Shown in pieces: positions 49,174 through 57,994 of a stretch of 64,000 nt of DNA. Both the position numbers and the translations under genes were made by a program. The notes beneath the pieces are model-generated. The model made no database searches and was not told the origin of the DNA. It was given only the letters and a program-made list of their open reading frames with translations. Position 1 is the stretch's first letter. Every line of letters begins with the position of its first letter. The DNA is from Bacteriovoracaceae bacterium (GTDB taxonomy: Bacteria > Bdellovibrionota > Bacteriovoracia > Bacteriovoracales > Bacteriovoracaceae). Where the stretch lies: assembly GCA_048270185.1 (NCBI GenBank), contig JBLWTJ010000001.1:1280001-1344000 (forward strand), read 5' to 3'.

Positions 49174-50121
49174 TTATTTAAACATTAATGTTGTTGTGCT
49201 ATTTGCTTTTACAAAGTTCTTAACAGCACCCTTCACTTCATCAAGATCTTCGATGAGTGAGAAGAAGTTCGATTTCTTCTTAATTTTTAGTTCTTCTAAG
49301 TTTAGCTTCCCTTCAAGTTTAAGAGCAGCGTGCATTTGGCGAGCACATGGCCATAGACCTACTAGCTCATCAACAAGTCCAAGCTTCTTTGCTTGAGCAC
49401 CAGAGAAAACTTGTCCTTGAGCAACTTCATTAATTGGCGTTGTAATCTTCTCTCCACGGATAAGACTTACGTCATCGATGAATTGCTTATGAACATCATT
49501 TGTCATCTCAACCATCAGAGCTTCTTCTTCTGGCGTCATTGGACGATTCGGTTGTCCAATATCCTTGTAGCGACCAGCTTTAATAGTTTGTGGATTAACC
49601 ATGGCAAATTTATAAAGCTGAGAGAGATCCATAAATTGCATGATGACCCCAATCGATCCAGTAAGAGTTCCTGGAGATGAACAGATCTTTTCAGTTGCGG
49701 CACCAATATAGTATCCGCCACTAGCTGCAATCGAAGAGAATGAAGCATAGATTGGTTTAGGATTCTTTGTGATTTCGCTATACTCTTTAACACCACGAAT
49801 TCTTAAGATTTCTTGATAGATCTCTTGTGTTGGAGCAACAGCACCACCTGGCGAGTTCACTCTTAGAATGATCCCTTTAACTGAGTCATCGTTTTCAGCT
49901 TTGTGAAGAAGCTCAACAGTTTTCTTGGCATCCATGATCACACCATCAACATTGATTTGTGCAATCTTGTCTTTTGATTTTTGGAAAGATGAAGTCGCCC
50001 CACTATTTCCTTTGAAAATTGAAACTGTGTAAGCTGAAAATAAAATTAACACAATAAAGAAAACTGCCACCATGGCCATAAGGCCAATTACCGCACGATC
50101 TTTAGATTTTGTATTCGACAA
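49174..50121 (-). CDS. sppA: Signal peptide peptidase (36K type)
   Basis: RVNSPGG, AASGGYY, TGSIGV, KAGRYKD, GLVDEL. Confidence 0.95.
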   Translation of the reverse strand: MSNTKSKDRAVIGLMAMVAVFFIVLILFSAYTVSIFKGNSGATSSFQKSKDKIAQINVDGVIMDAKKTVELLHKAENDDSVKGIILRVNSPGGAVAPTQEIYQEILRIRGVKEYSEITKNPKPIYASFSSIAASGGYYIGAATEKICSSPGTLTGSIGVIMQFMDLSQLYKFAMVNPQTIKAGRYKDIGQPNRPMTPEEEALMVEMTNDVHKQFIDDVSLIRGEKITTPINEVAQGQVFSGAQAKKLGLVDELVGLWPCARQMHAALKLEGKLNLEELKIKKKSNFFSLIEDLDEVKGAVKNFVKANSTTTLMFK

Positions 50122-50270
50122 AGCATCCTCCCTGAGCTTAAAAAACCATACGTCTATCTTCGCAGAAATACTGGATTTTGTACAATTTTTAACATGTTAC
50201 AAAGTTGCCGATTAAAGTTAATTTCATGGATTCCGAAAAGAAGAGAGTACTCGTCATAAGTGGGGAAATT

Positions 50271-50540
50271 ATGAAAGGATTCAATTTTAAAAGATTAGCG
50301 ATTATTACTCTAGTGGTTCAGTCAGGATTAGTGATGGCCGAGAAATTTGAAGCTCCTGCATTCTATGACCAGGCGAAAAAACCAATTTCATTCAAAAGCC
50401 AAGTAGTGCACAAAAAGAGTCAGGCTTCATGGCAAGATTCTTATCAAGATGATGCACAATCTGACGCTGAAAAATCAAAACGTCTTCCGTCGTCTAAGAA
50501 CACAAAAGTTAAGTACTGGGATTACGAAAATAAGAAGTAA
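50271..50540 (+). CDS. Small exported hypothetical protein
   Basis: ATG after GGGG; signal peptide; TTAA-N16-TCCGAAAA upstream (50212-50239). Confidence 0.65.
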   Translation: MKGFNFKRLAIITLVVQSGLVMAEKFEAPAFYDQAKKPISFKSQVVHKKSQASWQDSYQDDAQSDAEKSKRLPSSKNTKVKYWDYENKK

Positions 50541-50563
50541 GTAATTAAGTTTCTTTTTCTAAC

Positions 50564-51397
50564 CTATAAACGACAATCTTTCTTTAAAGTTGATGGCATT
50601 TTTATATTTTTATCTACGAGATCACAAAATAGCTTATTCATTGAATCTTTAATACTCTTATCATTAATCCTATTTGTTTTTCGTACAAGTCTCGATATAA
50701 GATAATTTGACTTAGTTGGTTTGATACTTAAAATATTATCTTTATTTTCAAACGCACATTGATAGTCAGAGTTATCAATACAACCCTCTACTCTAGTCTC
50801 AACGACTCCATAACATCCACTTCTCAAATGCTTGAACAAATCTATTCCATAATCACCTTTCATTTCTTCAAACGATATTTGAAACTTCTTAGCGTAATAT
50901 GAATATGATTCTGCTTCAAAGCACTTTAAATTATCTTGAACTTTTAATCGAGATAGAGTTTTTATAAAATTAACACGATCATTATTTTCAGCATACTCAC
51001 TTAATAACGATTCGCAATTTCCGTAATTACAATCTTCTAATGATTTCTCTTTAGATAAAGTCTTTTGATAGTCTTCGTAGTTTAGCTCTCTGTACTTCTG
51101 AACTCCATAAAACACAGGAGCCCAAATAGGGTAAAAATACGTAAAACTCCAAATACACACCCCGTGAATTTCAATTTCAGAGTCAGAGAAATTTCCCAAC
51201 CCCTCAAATGGCATAGGAATATAATTATCTTTAGCCTTGGACATATCCCAGGCCATTGGCAACTTAAGTCCAAGCAAAACAAACCCAAGTAAAATACTGT
51301 AGCCAACTCTCTTATTTAAGCTTGCAATCTTTCTTCTCTTCTTGAGGTATAACTCAGAAAAAACAAAGCAAATAATCAAAATATCAATCGACATCAT
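50564..51397 (-). CDS. Cys-rich membrane-anchored hypothetical protein, paralog A
   Basis: Near-identical N-terminus to 53688-54566; aligned Cys residues. Confidence 0.8.
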   Translation of the reverse strand: MMSIDILIICFVFSELYLKKRRKIASLNKRVGYSILLGFVLLGLKLPMAWDMSKAKDNYIPMPFEGLGNFSDSEIEIHGVCIWSFTYFYPIWAPVFYGVQKYRELNYEDYQKTLSKEKSLEDCNYGNCESLLSEYAENNDRVNFIKTLSRLKVQDNLKCFEAESYSYYAKKFQISFEEMKGDYGIDLFKHLRSGCYGVVETRVEGCIDNSDYQCAFENKDNILSIKPTKSNYLISRLVRKTNRINDKSIKDSMNKLFCDLVDKNIKMPSTLKKDCRL

Positions 51398-51417
51398 AAT
51401 ATGATTCTTTCCATTTC
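51234..51417. repeat. 184-bp direct repeat, copy 1 (copy 2 at 54403-54586)
   Basis: Ungapped high identity over RBS region and first 55 codons of the paralogs. Confidence 0.9.
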
Positions 51418-51445
51418 TTAATAAAGATTCTAGGTGCTTTTCATT

Positions 51446-52606
51446 CTAATCGTTTTCTATGGTGATTTTATAAGTGTTATTCTTTCCAGTTTTTTTAAAT
51501 GTCATTCTTAAGTGTTTATTTCTTAAATAATCTTCATCATTATAAAAACGATATCCAATCATGCCTGAATCTATTTCGTAATCAGAAAATGGTTTCCAAT
51601 CAGGATAACGAGCTAAGTATGATGCATCAATATATGATTGTTTCTTCAAACGGGCCATATTTAAGAAGTAGTTATCTACATCCTTCATATTAAACCTCCC
51701 CTTTATAAAAAAAGGCCTAAATTCATATGCTGAATAATATGTTATATAAAGAAGCATTGCGATTGATTGTTTTTCAACAATTTTATTTTTCACAAATATA
51801 CTATCAAGGAATTTATTTCTAGCTTTGAAAGAACTTCCAACAAAACCTCCCTTGTACTCTAATAATTTTTGTCCAGACTCTAGATATTCATCAAATGTGA
51901 ATCTGTCATTTAATAGTAGAGTCTCTCTCAGTTTGTATAACTCATTTTCAGCTGAAAATAATTCATCTCCATACATCATTTTTATAATATTATTTGTCGG
52001 AATATTAATGTGTAATATATCTAATTCGGATATTTTTAAGTAATAAGTATGCTCTTTTATTTTGATTGTTGCATAATCATCATTTAATTTATCAACTAAA
52101 ATTGTACTTCCGGTGTAAAGTAAGAAGTTAAATAACTCTCTATTTTTATCATAAAAAATAGTTTCACTTCCTAGAGGGAGTTTCTCTCCCTCACCTACTG
52201 ATCGTGAAATACATATAGATTTTCTATACTTACCAAGAAAGTTAATATAATAGTCACTTTGCTCAAGCTTAGGATCTTTTGAAGAACAGTTGAGCATATC
52301 CTTGTATTTATCAATAGAATCATTTTTTTGCCATTTAACAAATTCAAGTGCAACCTTCTTAAAACCTCTGTCGTGATAGAGTTTAAAGCGACCAAGCTTT
52401 TGAATATTTTTCTCATCAGGCTTTTGCCAATTCAACGTAATTTGATATTTATCATAAGGAAATCCGTGCCAGTTATTCTCTTTCATAAACGCTATGGCAC
52501 GTTGATCGATTTCCTTGCGTTGCTTTGCTGAATAATTACTCATAGCAGAGGAGTCTACAATAGCTAAAGTTAGAACAATTGAGAATATTGCTTTAAATTT
52601 ATTCAT
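51446..52606 (-). CDS. AT-rich exported hypothetical protein
   Basis: ATG 52606 with GAGGG RBS; signal peptide MNKFKAIFSIVLTLAIVDSSA. Confidence 0.75.
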   Translation of the reverse strand: MNKFKAIFSIVLTLAIVDSSAMSNYSAKQRKEIDQRAIAFMKENNWHGFPYDKYQITLNWQKPDEKNIQKLGRFKLYHDRGFKKVALEFVKWQKNDSIDKYKDMLNCSSKDPKLEQSDYYINFLGKYRKSICISRSVGEGEKLPLGSETIFYDKNRELFNFLLYTGSTILVDKLNDDYATIKIKEHTYYLKISELDILHINIPTNNIIKMMYGDELFSAENELYKLRETLLLNDRFTFDEYLESGQKLLEYKGGFVGSSFKARNKFLDSIFVKNKIVEKQSIAMLLYITYYSAYEFRPFFIKGRFNMKDVDNYFLNMARLKKQSYIDASYLARYPDWKPFSDYEIDSGMIGYRFYNDEDYLRNKHLRMTFKKTGKNNTYKITIEND

Positions 52607-52632
52607 TTTCCCTCTAGTTTCCGATACAACAT

Positions 52633-53673
52633 TGGTTCCAGGTGCCTTTTCATTGACCATGCGTAACCTTATATAAAACTATATAATTGCTTATCGTCAT
52701 CGAAGAAAATAAAATTGAACAGAATCATTCACTTTAGATAAGCAAAAGATTTACATTATAACTATAAGATAAAACACAGGTAAAGAATTTCAATTAAAAC
52801 AGAGAAATTTGATTTGAATTTGCGTTCTGTATAGGAACAATCTCTTCCCATAGACTAACATACTTAATGTATTTTGGATGAATCACTTCTGGTTCAACAA
52901 TTCTATTTCGAGAATCCTTTCCATAGCGAAAATCAGGCCTCAATAAACCTTGAGAAATGCTTCTATCTTCATCTGTATTGAAACTAATATTTAACCACTC
53001 TAGAGCATCACTTGCTCGATACAAATCAAAAGCAAATAAATCGACTAGCTCAGAATTAGAAAACGGGGTCTCAGGACCAAATAAAGAACAAGTCGAATAA
53101 GGATACATTTGAACTTCAGAGACAAGACTCGCCTTAACAGGGTTTCGTAAAATATACTTGTAAGTATTTGCTCTATAACTTGATTTGGTTAACAAAGAAG
53201 ATTTATATCTACCACCGTAAATTGAGTTTAACACTCCTGCCTTTTTTTGCACTTCTAGTGTTGTCATCTTCATTACCCAGTACATAACTTCATCAATATT
53301 TGCCATGGGAGTTTCGAGCATTAAATGGAAATGATTATTCATTAGTGTAAAGGCATATATTTTCACATTATAATCCCTAACAACTTTCTCTAATGCACTT
53401 AAATAAACCCTCCACATCTGTTTGATAGGCAATGGAAACCAAGTTTTATTATGTGATCTAGCAACAACATGATAAGGATATTTGTTAGTTCTTAATGTTT
53501 TTCTACGCCCCATATTTCACCTCTTACGATATTAACGAGCAAGAAGCTGTAAACTTTAATAAAGATAAGTATCTGAAAGTTTTAAACATTACAGACTATA
53601 TTTAAAAAAACATTAAAATATACATATAAAAAACATGAAAACACATAGCGCAAAGAAAAAGCACCTGGAACCA
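52633..53673. mobile_element. RAYT locus bounded by 18-bp inverted repeats
   Basis: TGGTTCCAGGTGCCTTTT (52633-52650) and AAAAAGCACCTGGAACCA (53656-53673) are 17/18 complementary. Confidence 0.7.
52794..53513 (-). CDS. REP-associated tyrosine transposase (RAYT; Y1 HUH, IS200/IS605 superfamily)
   Basis: YHVVAR, LMNNHFHLML (HUH), YILRNPVKASLV (catalytic Tyr), YPYST. Confidence 0.92.
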   Translation of the reverse strand: MGRRKTLRTNKYPYHVVARSHNKTWFPLPIKQMWRVYLSALEKVVRDYNVKIYAFTLMNNHFHLMLETPMANIDEVMYWVMKMTTLEVQKKAGVLNSIYGGRYKSSLLTKSSYRANTYKYILRNPVKASLVSEVQMYPYSTCSLFGPETPFSNSELVDLFAFDLYRASDALEWLNISFNTDEDRSISQGLLRPDFRYGKDSRNRIVEPEVIHPKYIKYVSLWEEIVPIQNANSNQISLF

Positions 53674-53687
53674 TTTATTGAACCTTC

Positions 53688-54566
53688 TTAATATGATTTA
53701 CACTGATGTTTTAGAACCGTATGGATCTTTTGTTCATGGTTAACTGATTCACATAATATCAAGGTTGCATCATTTTTAAACTTCAAGAATTGTTCGTCGG
53801 AGTAATCTTCTTTCTTATCCAAGTAGTTATTCTTTCCCATAAACCCTATTAATAAAGCTAAGGAAGTATTTATTTTCTTTGAATCAATATTATTTACATA
53901 TTTCATATTTAATTTCAGACATTCGATATCTAGCCCATTGAGACAACTCTTAATTTTCATATTAACAACTTTGGTACACCCTCTTTCTATTGGGTCAATT
54001 AGGTCAATCGAATACTTTTCGACCATATCCTCTATTGTTAAATTAAATTGTTCAGCATAACGAGCATAAGCATTAGCTCTATAGCATTCTAGATTTTTTT
54101 TCTCTTTTAATCGATGTAGTGTAATCAAGAAATTCTTTCTATCATTCTTGTCCGCATAGAAACTGAGTAATGCACCACACTTCCCCATATCACAGTCTTC
54201 TAGAATTTTTTGATCAAAAGCCATTTGATTATAATCTGCATAGGCGTAATCTCTATACTCATTAATAGCAAAAAACACTGGAGCCCATACAGGATAAAAA
54301 TAAGTAAAGCTCCATATTGATGCTCCAAGCAACTCAACCTCAGAATCTGTGAGATTATCGGTCCCCCTGTGTGGCATCGGGATATACCCTTCTCCTTCCC
54401 CGGCCTTGGACATATCCCAGGCCATTGGCAACTTAAGTCCAAGTAGTACAAACCCAAGCAAGATACTGTAGCCAACTCTCTTATTTAAGCTTGATATCTT
54501 TCTCTTTTTTCTGAGATATAGTTCAGAGAAAACATAACAAATTATCAAAATATCAATCGACATCAT
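53688..54566 (-). CDS. Cys-rich membrane-anchored hypothetical protein, paralog B
   Basis: Paralog of 50564-51397. Confidence 0.8.
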   Translation of the reverse strand: MMSIDILIICYVFSELYLRKKRKISSLNKRVGYSILLGFVLLGLKLPMAWDMSKAGEGEGYIPMPHRGTDNLTDSEVELLGASIWSFTYFYPVWAPVFFAINEYRDYAYADYNQMAFDQKILEDCDMGKCGALLSFYADKNDRKNFLITLHRLKEKKNLECYRANAYARYAEQFNLTIEDMVEKYSIDLIDPIERGCTKVVNMKIKSCLNGLDIECLKLNMKYVNNIDSKKINTSLALLIGFMGKNNYLDKKEDYSDEQFLKFKNDATLILCESVNHEQKIHTVLKHQCKSY

Positions 54567-54586
54567 AATATGATTCTTTCCATTTC
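54403..54586. repeat. 184-bp direct repeat, copy 2
   Basis: Matches 51234-51417 (offset 3169). Confidence 0.9.
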
Positions 54587-54697
54587 ATTTAATAGTACTA
54601 CTTTATCGACATAACAAAATATAAAGTTGAACAAAGTCATCAACTTCATTAAGTCTAAAGAATAGCGAGGTAGGTATTTGATTATTCTGGTTTTAGG

Positions 54698-55762
54698 CTA
54701 AGACCAAAGATTAGCTTCTTTTTCTAATTCACTCTTAAGCTGTCCGCATGCTGCAAGGATATCACTCCCCTTTGTCGTACGAATCGTCGTCGTAATTCCA
54801 CCACTATCTAATTGCTCTTTAAACCAATTGATACGGCTTACACTTGGGCGCTTAAAATTTGATTCTGGGTATTCATTAAATGGAATGAGGTTAACCTTTG
54901 AAACCTTCTTTGGCAGAAGATTAAGTAGGGCCTTCACATCCTCGGCGCGGTCATTGTACTGATCGATTAGAAGATACTCATAGGTAATATAGCGATGGGC
55001 CTTAAGAGGAATTTCCTTAATCGCTGATAACAGTCGATCAAGGTCATAGGCCTTATTGATTGGCATAAGTTCCGTGCGAATTTCGTTGTGAGCAGCGTGA
55101 AGAGAGATGGCGATATTAACAGGTGGAAATTCTTCAAGCTTCTTGATGGCCGGAACAAGGCCAGATGTAGAAATCGTCACACGTCTTTGAGAAAGACCTA
55201 GGGCCTTCTCATCAACCATCAGTTCAGTTGCGGCCTTTACATTTTCAAAGTTATGCAGAGGTTCCCCCTGTCCCATGAAAACAACATTTGAAAGGCGCTC
55301 TTCTTCACCAACTTTTTCTTTTAAAAATTTTGTAACTGCTAGGAATTGTCCAATGATCTCCCCTGCTTCAAGGTGGCGCATAAGCCCCATTGTTCCAGTG
55401 TGGCAGAAAGTACAACCGATGGCACAACCAACTTGTGAAGACACACAAAGAGTCTTGCGGTTAGAACGAGCAGGAATCATAACCGTCTCAACTGTCTTGC
55501 TATCTCTCATAGCAATAAGAAACTTGCGAGTCCCGTCACTTGAAAGTCCGTTCCAAACTATCTTAGGTAATTCAAAGTCGTAATTTTCAGTTAAAAGCGA
55601 TTTTAAATTCTTTGAAATATTGGTCCAATTTTCAGGATTAAATTCAAGCTTTTCATAAACCCATTGCAGAATTTGATTGGCCACAAAACCCTTCTGACCA
55701 TTCTCTTCAAGGAATGATTTTAAGGCCTTAGGCGATAGCGAATAGAAAAGCTGCTTCTGCAT
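54698..55762 (-). CDS. rlmN: 23S rRNA/tRNA m2A radical SAM methyltransferase
   Basis: CVSSQVGCAIGCTFC, FMGQGEP, ISTSG, AISLHA, DILAACGQL. Confidence 0.97.
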   Translation of the reverse strand: MQKQLFYSLSPKALKSFLEENGQKGFVANQILQWVYEKLEFNPENWTNISKNLKSLLTENYDFELPKIVWNGLSSDGTRKFLIAMRDSKTVETVMIPARSNRKTLCVSSQVGCAIGCTFCHTGTMGLMRHLEAGEIIGQFLAVTKFLKEKVGEEERLSNVVFMGQGEPLHNFENVKAATELMVDEKALGLSQRRVTISTSGLVPAIKKLEEFPPVNIAISLHAAHNEIRTELMPINKAYDLDRLLSAIKEIPLKAHRYITYEYLLIDQYNDRAEDVKALLNLLPKKVSKVNLIPFNEYPESNFKRPSVSRINWFKEQLDSGGITTTIRTTKGSDILAACGQLKSELEKEANLWS

Positions 55763-55915
55763 GATTGCTCCAAATAATTTCAAAAGTCATATATATGGTT
55801 AGTGGCTAATTTTTACAAGATGCCCTGTAGAATTTTTGCTATTTTAGGGGCTTTTAGGGCAGAATAAGGGCAAGTTTACCAAAATCCAATAAAATCACAT
55901 GAGTTTGGAGATTAT

Positions 55916-56734
55916 ATGAAATTAGTTCTATCAATTGTGACGATACTTCTTATGAATACGGCCCTTGCTGGTCTCATTGGAACCGTCCCTTCTAAAGACA
56001 AAATCCTTACTCGCATTGATAAGACAACAACTTCAAATTCGGCCCTTTCATCTCGTATCAAGATCGCCGTTTGGAATATGTATAAAGGTAAGAAGCTTAG
56101 TTGGTATCGTGACTACCAAGATCTACTTGCTGATAGTGATATCATTCTTGGACAAGAATTCTTCTTAAAAGACTCAATGAAGTCGGCCTTAGAGAATCCA
56201 TACCAGAGAGAAAATATTCTCGCGACTTCTTTCTTAAATAAAGAAGGAATCGCCACTGGCGTTTTCACAAGCTCAAGCGTTAAGGCCAAGAGTGCACAAG
56301 CTTTCCAAAGTATTGATCGCGAGCCAGTGGCCAACACACCAAAACTTTCTCTTATTACAACTTACCCACTTGAGAGTGGACAGACGCTAACGATTGTTAA
56401 TATCCACGCCCTAAACTTTGTAGGCATAAATCCATTCTTTAAGCAAGTCAACGAACTGATTAAAGCAGTCAAAAAACTTAAAGGCCCAGTGGTTTTTGCA
56501 GGTGATTTTAATACAAATGCTCCTTCTAAGACTCTTTCAATGAAGATGTTATTTAAAGGTGCGGGCTTTAAGGAAGTTAAATTCTCAGGTAAAGATTCTC
56601 GTATGACGTTCCTCGGCCAAAAGCTTGACCATATTTGGTACCGCGGTCTAGAGCTAGTGGATGCAAGAGTGTTAGGAAATGTTGACGGTTCTGACCATAA
56701 GCCGATGCACGCAATTTTTGACACCATCGAATAA
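55916..56734 (+). CDS. Exported endonuclease/exonuclease/phosphatase (YafD-like)
   Basis: Signal peptide; WNMYK, GQE, NIHALNF, AGDFNT, LDHIWYRG, SDHKP. Confidence 0.9.
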   Translation: MKLVLSIVTILLMNTALAGLIGTVPSKDKILTRIDKTTTSNSALSSRIKIAVWNMYKGKKLSWYRDYQDLLADSDIILGQEFFLKDSMKSALENPYQRENILATSFLNKEGIATGVFTSSSVKAKSAQAFQSIDREPVANTPKLSLITTYPLESGQTLTIVNIHALNFVGINPFFKQVNELIKAVKKLKGPVVFAGDFNTNAPSKTLSMKMLFKGAGFKEVKFSGKDSRMTFLGQKLDHIWYRGLELVDARVLGNVDGSDHKPMHAIFDTIE

Positions 56735-56788
56735 TCTCAGCGATAATAGACATTAAATAAATAATTTATTCAGACAAAAGGATTTGTT

Positions 56789-57625
56789 GTGAAAAAAATT
56801 GCATTAAGCATAATGCTTGCGATGTCGACACTTGCAAGCTCAAATATCAGTACAAAATCACTTCTTCATAAAATACCAAGCATCAATAATGTCATCGATT
56901 ACAAATCAAATGTAAGCTGCCCGACTTGCTACTTCCCAAATGAGTTCACGGTAACGGCATGGAATATGTACAAGGGAAAGAATGAAAGCTGGGAAAGTGA
57001 TTTCGATGCACTTCTTGCTGAAAGTGATATCCTGCTTGGCCAAGAGTTTATCCTAAAAGATGTCATGAAGGATCGTCTGCAAACCCCAGTTGATGAAGAT
57101 ATCGTTCTTGCCACTTCTTTTGTAAGTTTTAAAAAGTACAAAACAGGTGTGACTAATATTTCAAAATTTGCGACGTCTTTAATCACTCCCCTTCGAAGTG
57201 ATGTTAAAGAGCCTTTCATTGGCACGCCAAAAATGGTTCTTTCAACTCAGTATGAATTAGAAGACGGGCGCCCAATTACTTTCATCAATATCCACGCCAT
57301 CAACTTCGTGGCCAAGAGAAAGCTTAAGAAGCAACTTAAGCAAGTTATGAAACATATCAATTCGACAACAGGCCCTGTGGTCTTTGCCGGAGACTTCAAT
57401 ACAAATTCAAAGAAGAAAATTCGCATGATGCGCGAGCTCCTAACGTCAATTGGATTCCAAGAGGCCGTCTTCATAGGTCGTGATGATCGTATGAAATGGC
57501 TTGGAAATAAACTGGACTATATTTGGTATCGTGGGCTTGAGCTAATCGAAGCTCGTGTGCGCGGTGAGGTTCAGGGCGCTGACCATAAACCTCTGCAGGC
57601 GACGTTCAAAGTTATTAACGAATAA
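56789..57625 (+). CDS. Exported endonuclease/exonuclease/phosphatase (tandem paralog)
   Basis: Signal peptide; WNMYK, GQE, NIHAINF, AGDFNT, LDYIWYRG, ADHKP. Confidence 0.9.
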   Translation: MKKIALSIMLAMSTLASSNISTKSLLHKIPSINNVIDYKSNVSCPTCYFPNEFTVTAWNMYKGKNESWESDFDALLAESDILLGQEFILKDVMKDRLQTPVDEDIVLATSFVSFKKYKTGVTNISKFATSLITPLRSDVKEPFIGTPKMVLSTQYELEDGRPITFINIHAINFVAKRKLKKQLKQVMKHINSTTGPVVFAGDFNTNSKKKIRMMRELLTSIGFQEAVFIGRDDRMKWLGNKLDYIWYRGLELIEARVRGEVQGADHKPLQATFKVINE

Positions 57626-57992
57626 ACTGCGAAAAGAATCCCTTCTTATTGTGATCAGGGTTTTCTAATAATTGCCCGTTTTCAATAAAGGCACCGAGTA
57701 GGTCGGAAACTTTATTGCTGGCCTCAAAGCACTTATTGAAACACTCCGGCGAGATGAGACAAACCTTGCCCTGCTTGAAGCGATCGCTTAGGTCGTAGGC
57801 AAATTTTGTGAGCTCATCTTCATCAAAGAAGCCACTAAGGTATCCCTCTGGAGTGACTTCGAGCCTCTCATCCATTTCAATTTCATTTAAGTCTACAGCA
57901 GTCTTTGAAGTGAAGATTGATCTGATGAGAAAGAGATTATATCTTTCGCTATACACGTAACTTACAAATAATACTTTATCTTCGCTTGCCAT
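57615..57992 (-). CDS. Hypothetical protein
   Basis: 125-aa ORF, GGAG RBS, ends KKGFFSQFIR. Confidence 0.7.
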   Translation of the reverse strand: MASEDKVLFVSYVYSERYNLFLIRSIFTSKTAVDLNEIEMDERLEVTPEGYLSGFFDEDELTKFAYDLSDRFKQGKVCLISPECFNKCFEASNKVSDLLGAFIENGQLLENPDHNKKGFFSQFIR

Positions 57993-57994
57993 AA

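Noticed and set aside
52794..53513. Classical IS200/IS605 element with tnpB
   Set aside because: No tnpB; length and NPVKA/YPYS motifs fit the RAYT class
50564..54586. Diversity-generating retroelement or CRISPR interpretation of the repeats
   Set aside because: No reverse transcriptase or cas genes, differences are not adenine-specific, and there is no repeat-spacer periodicity
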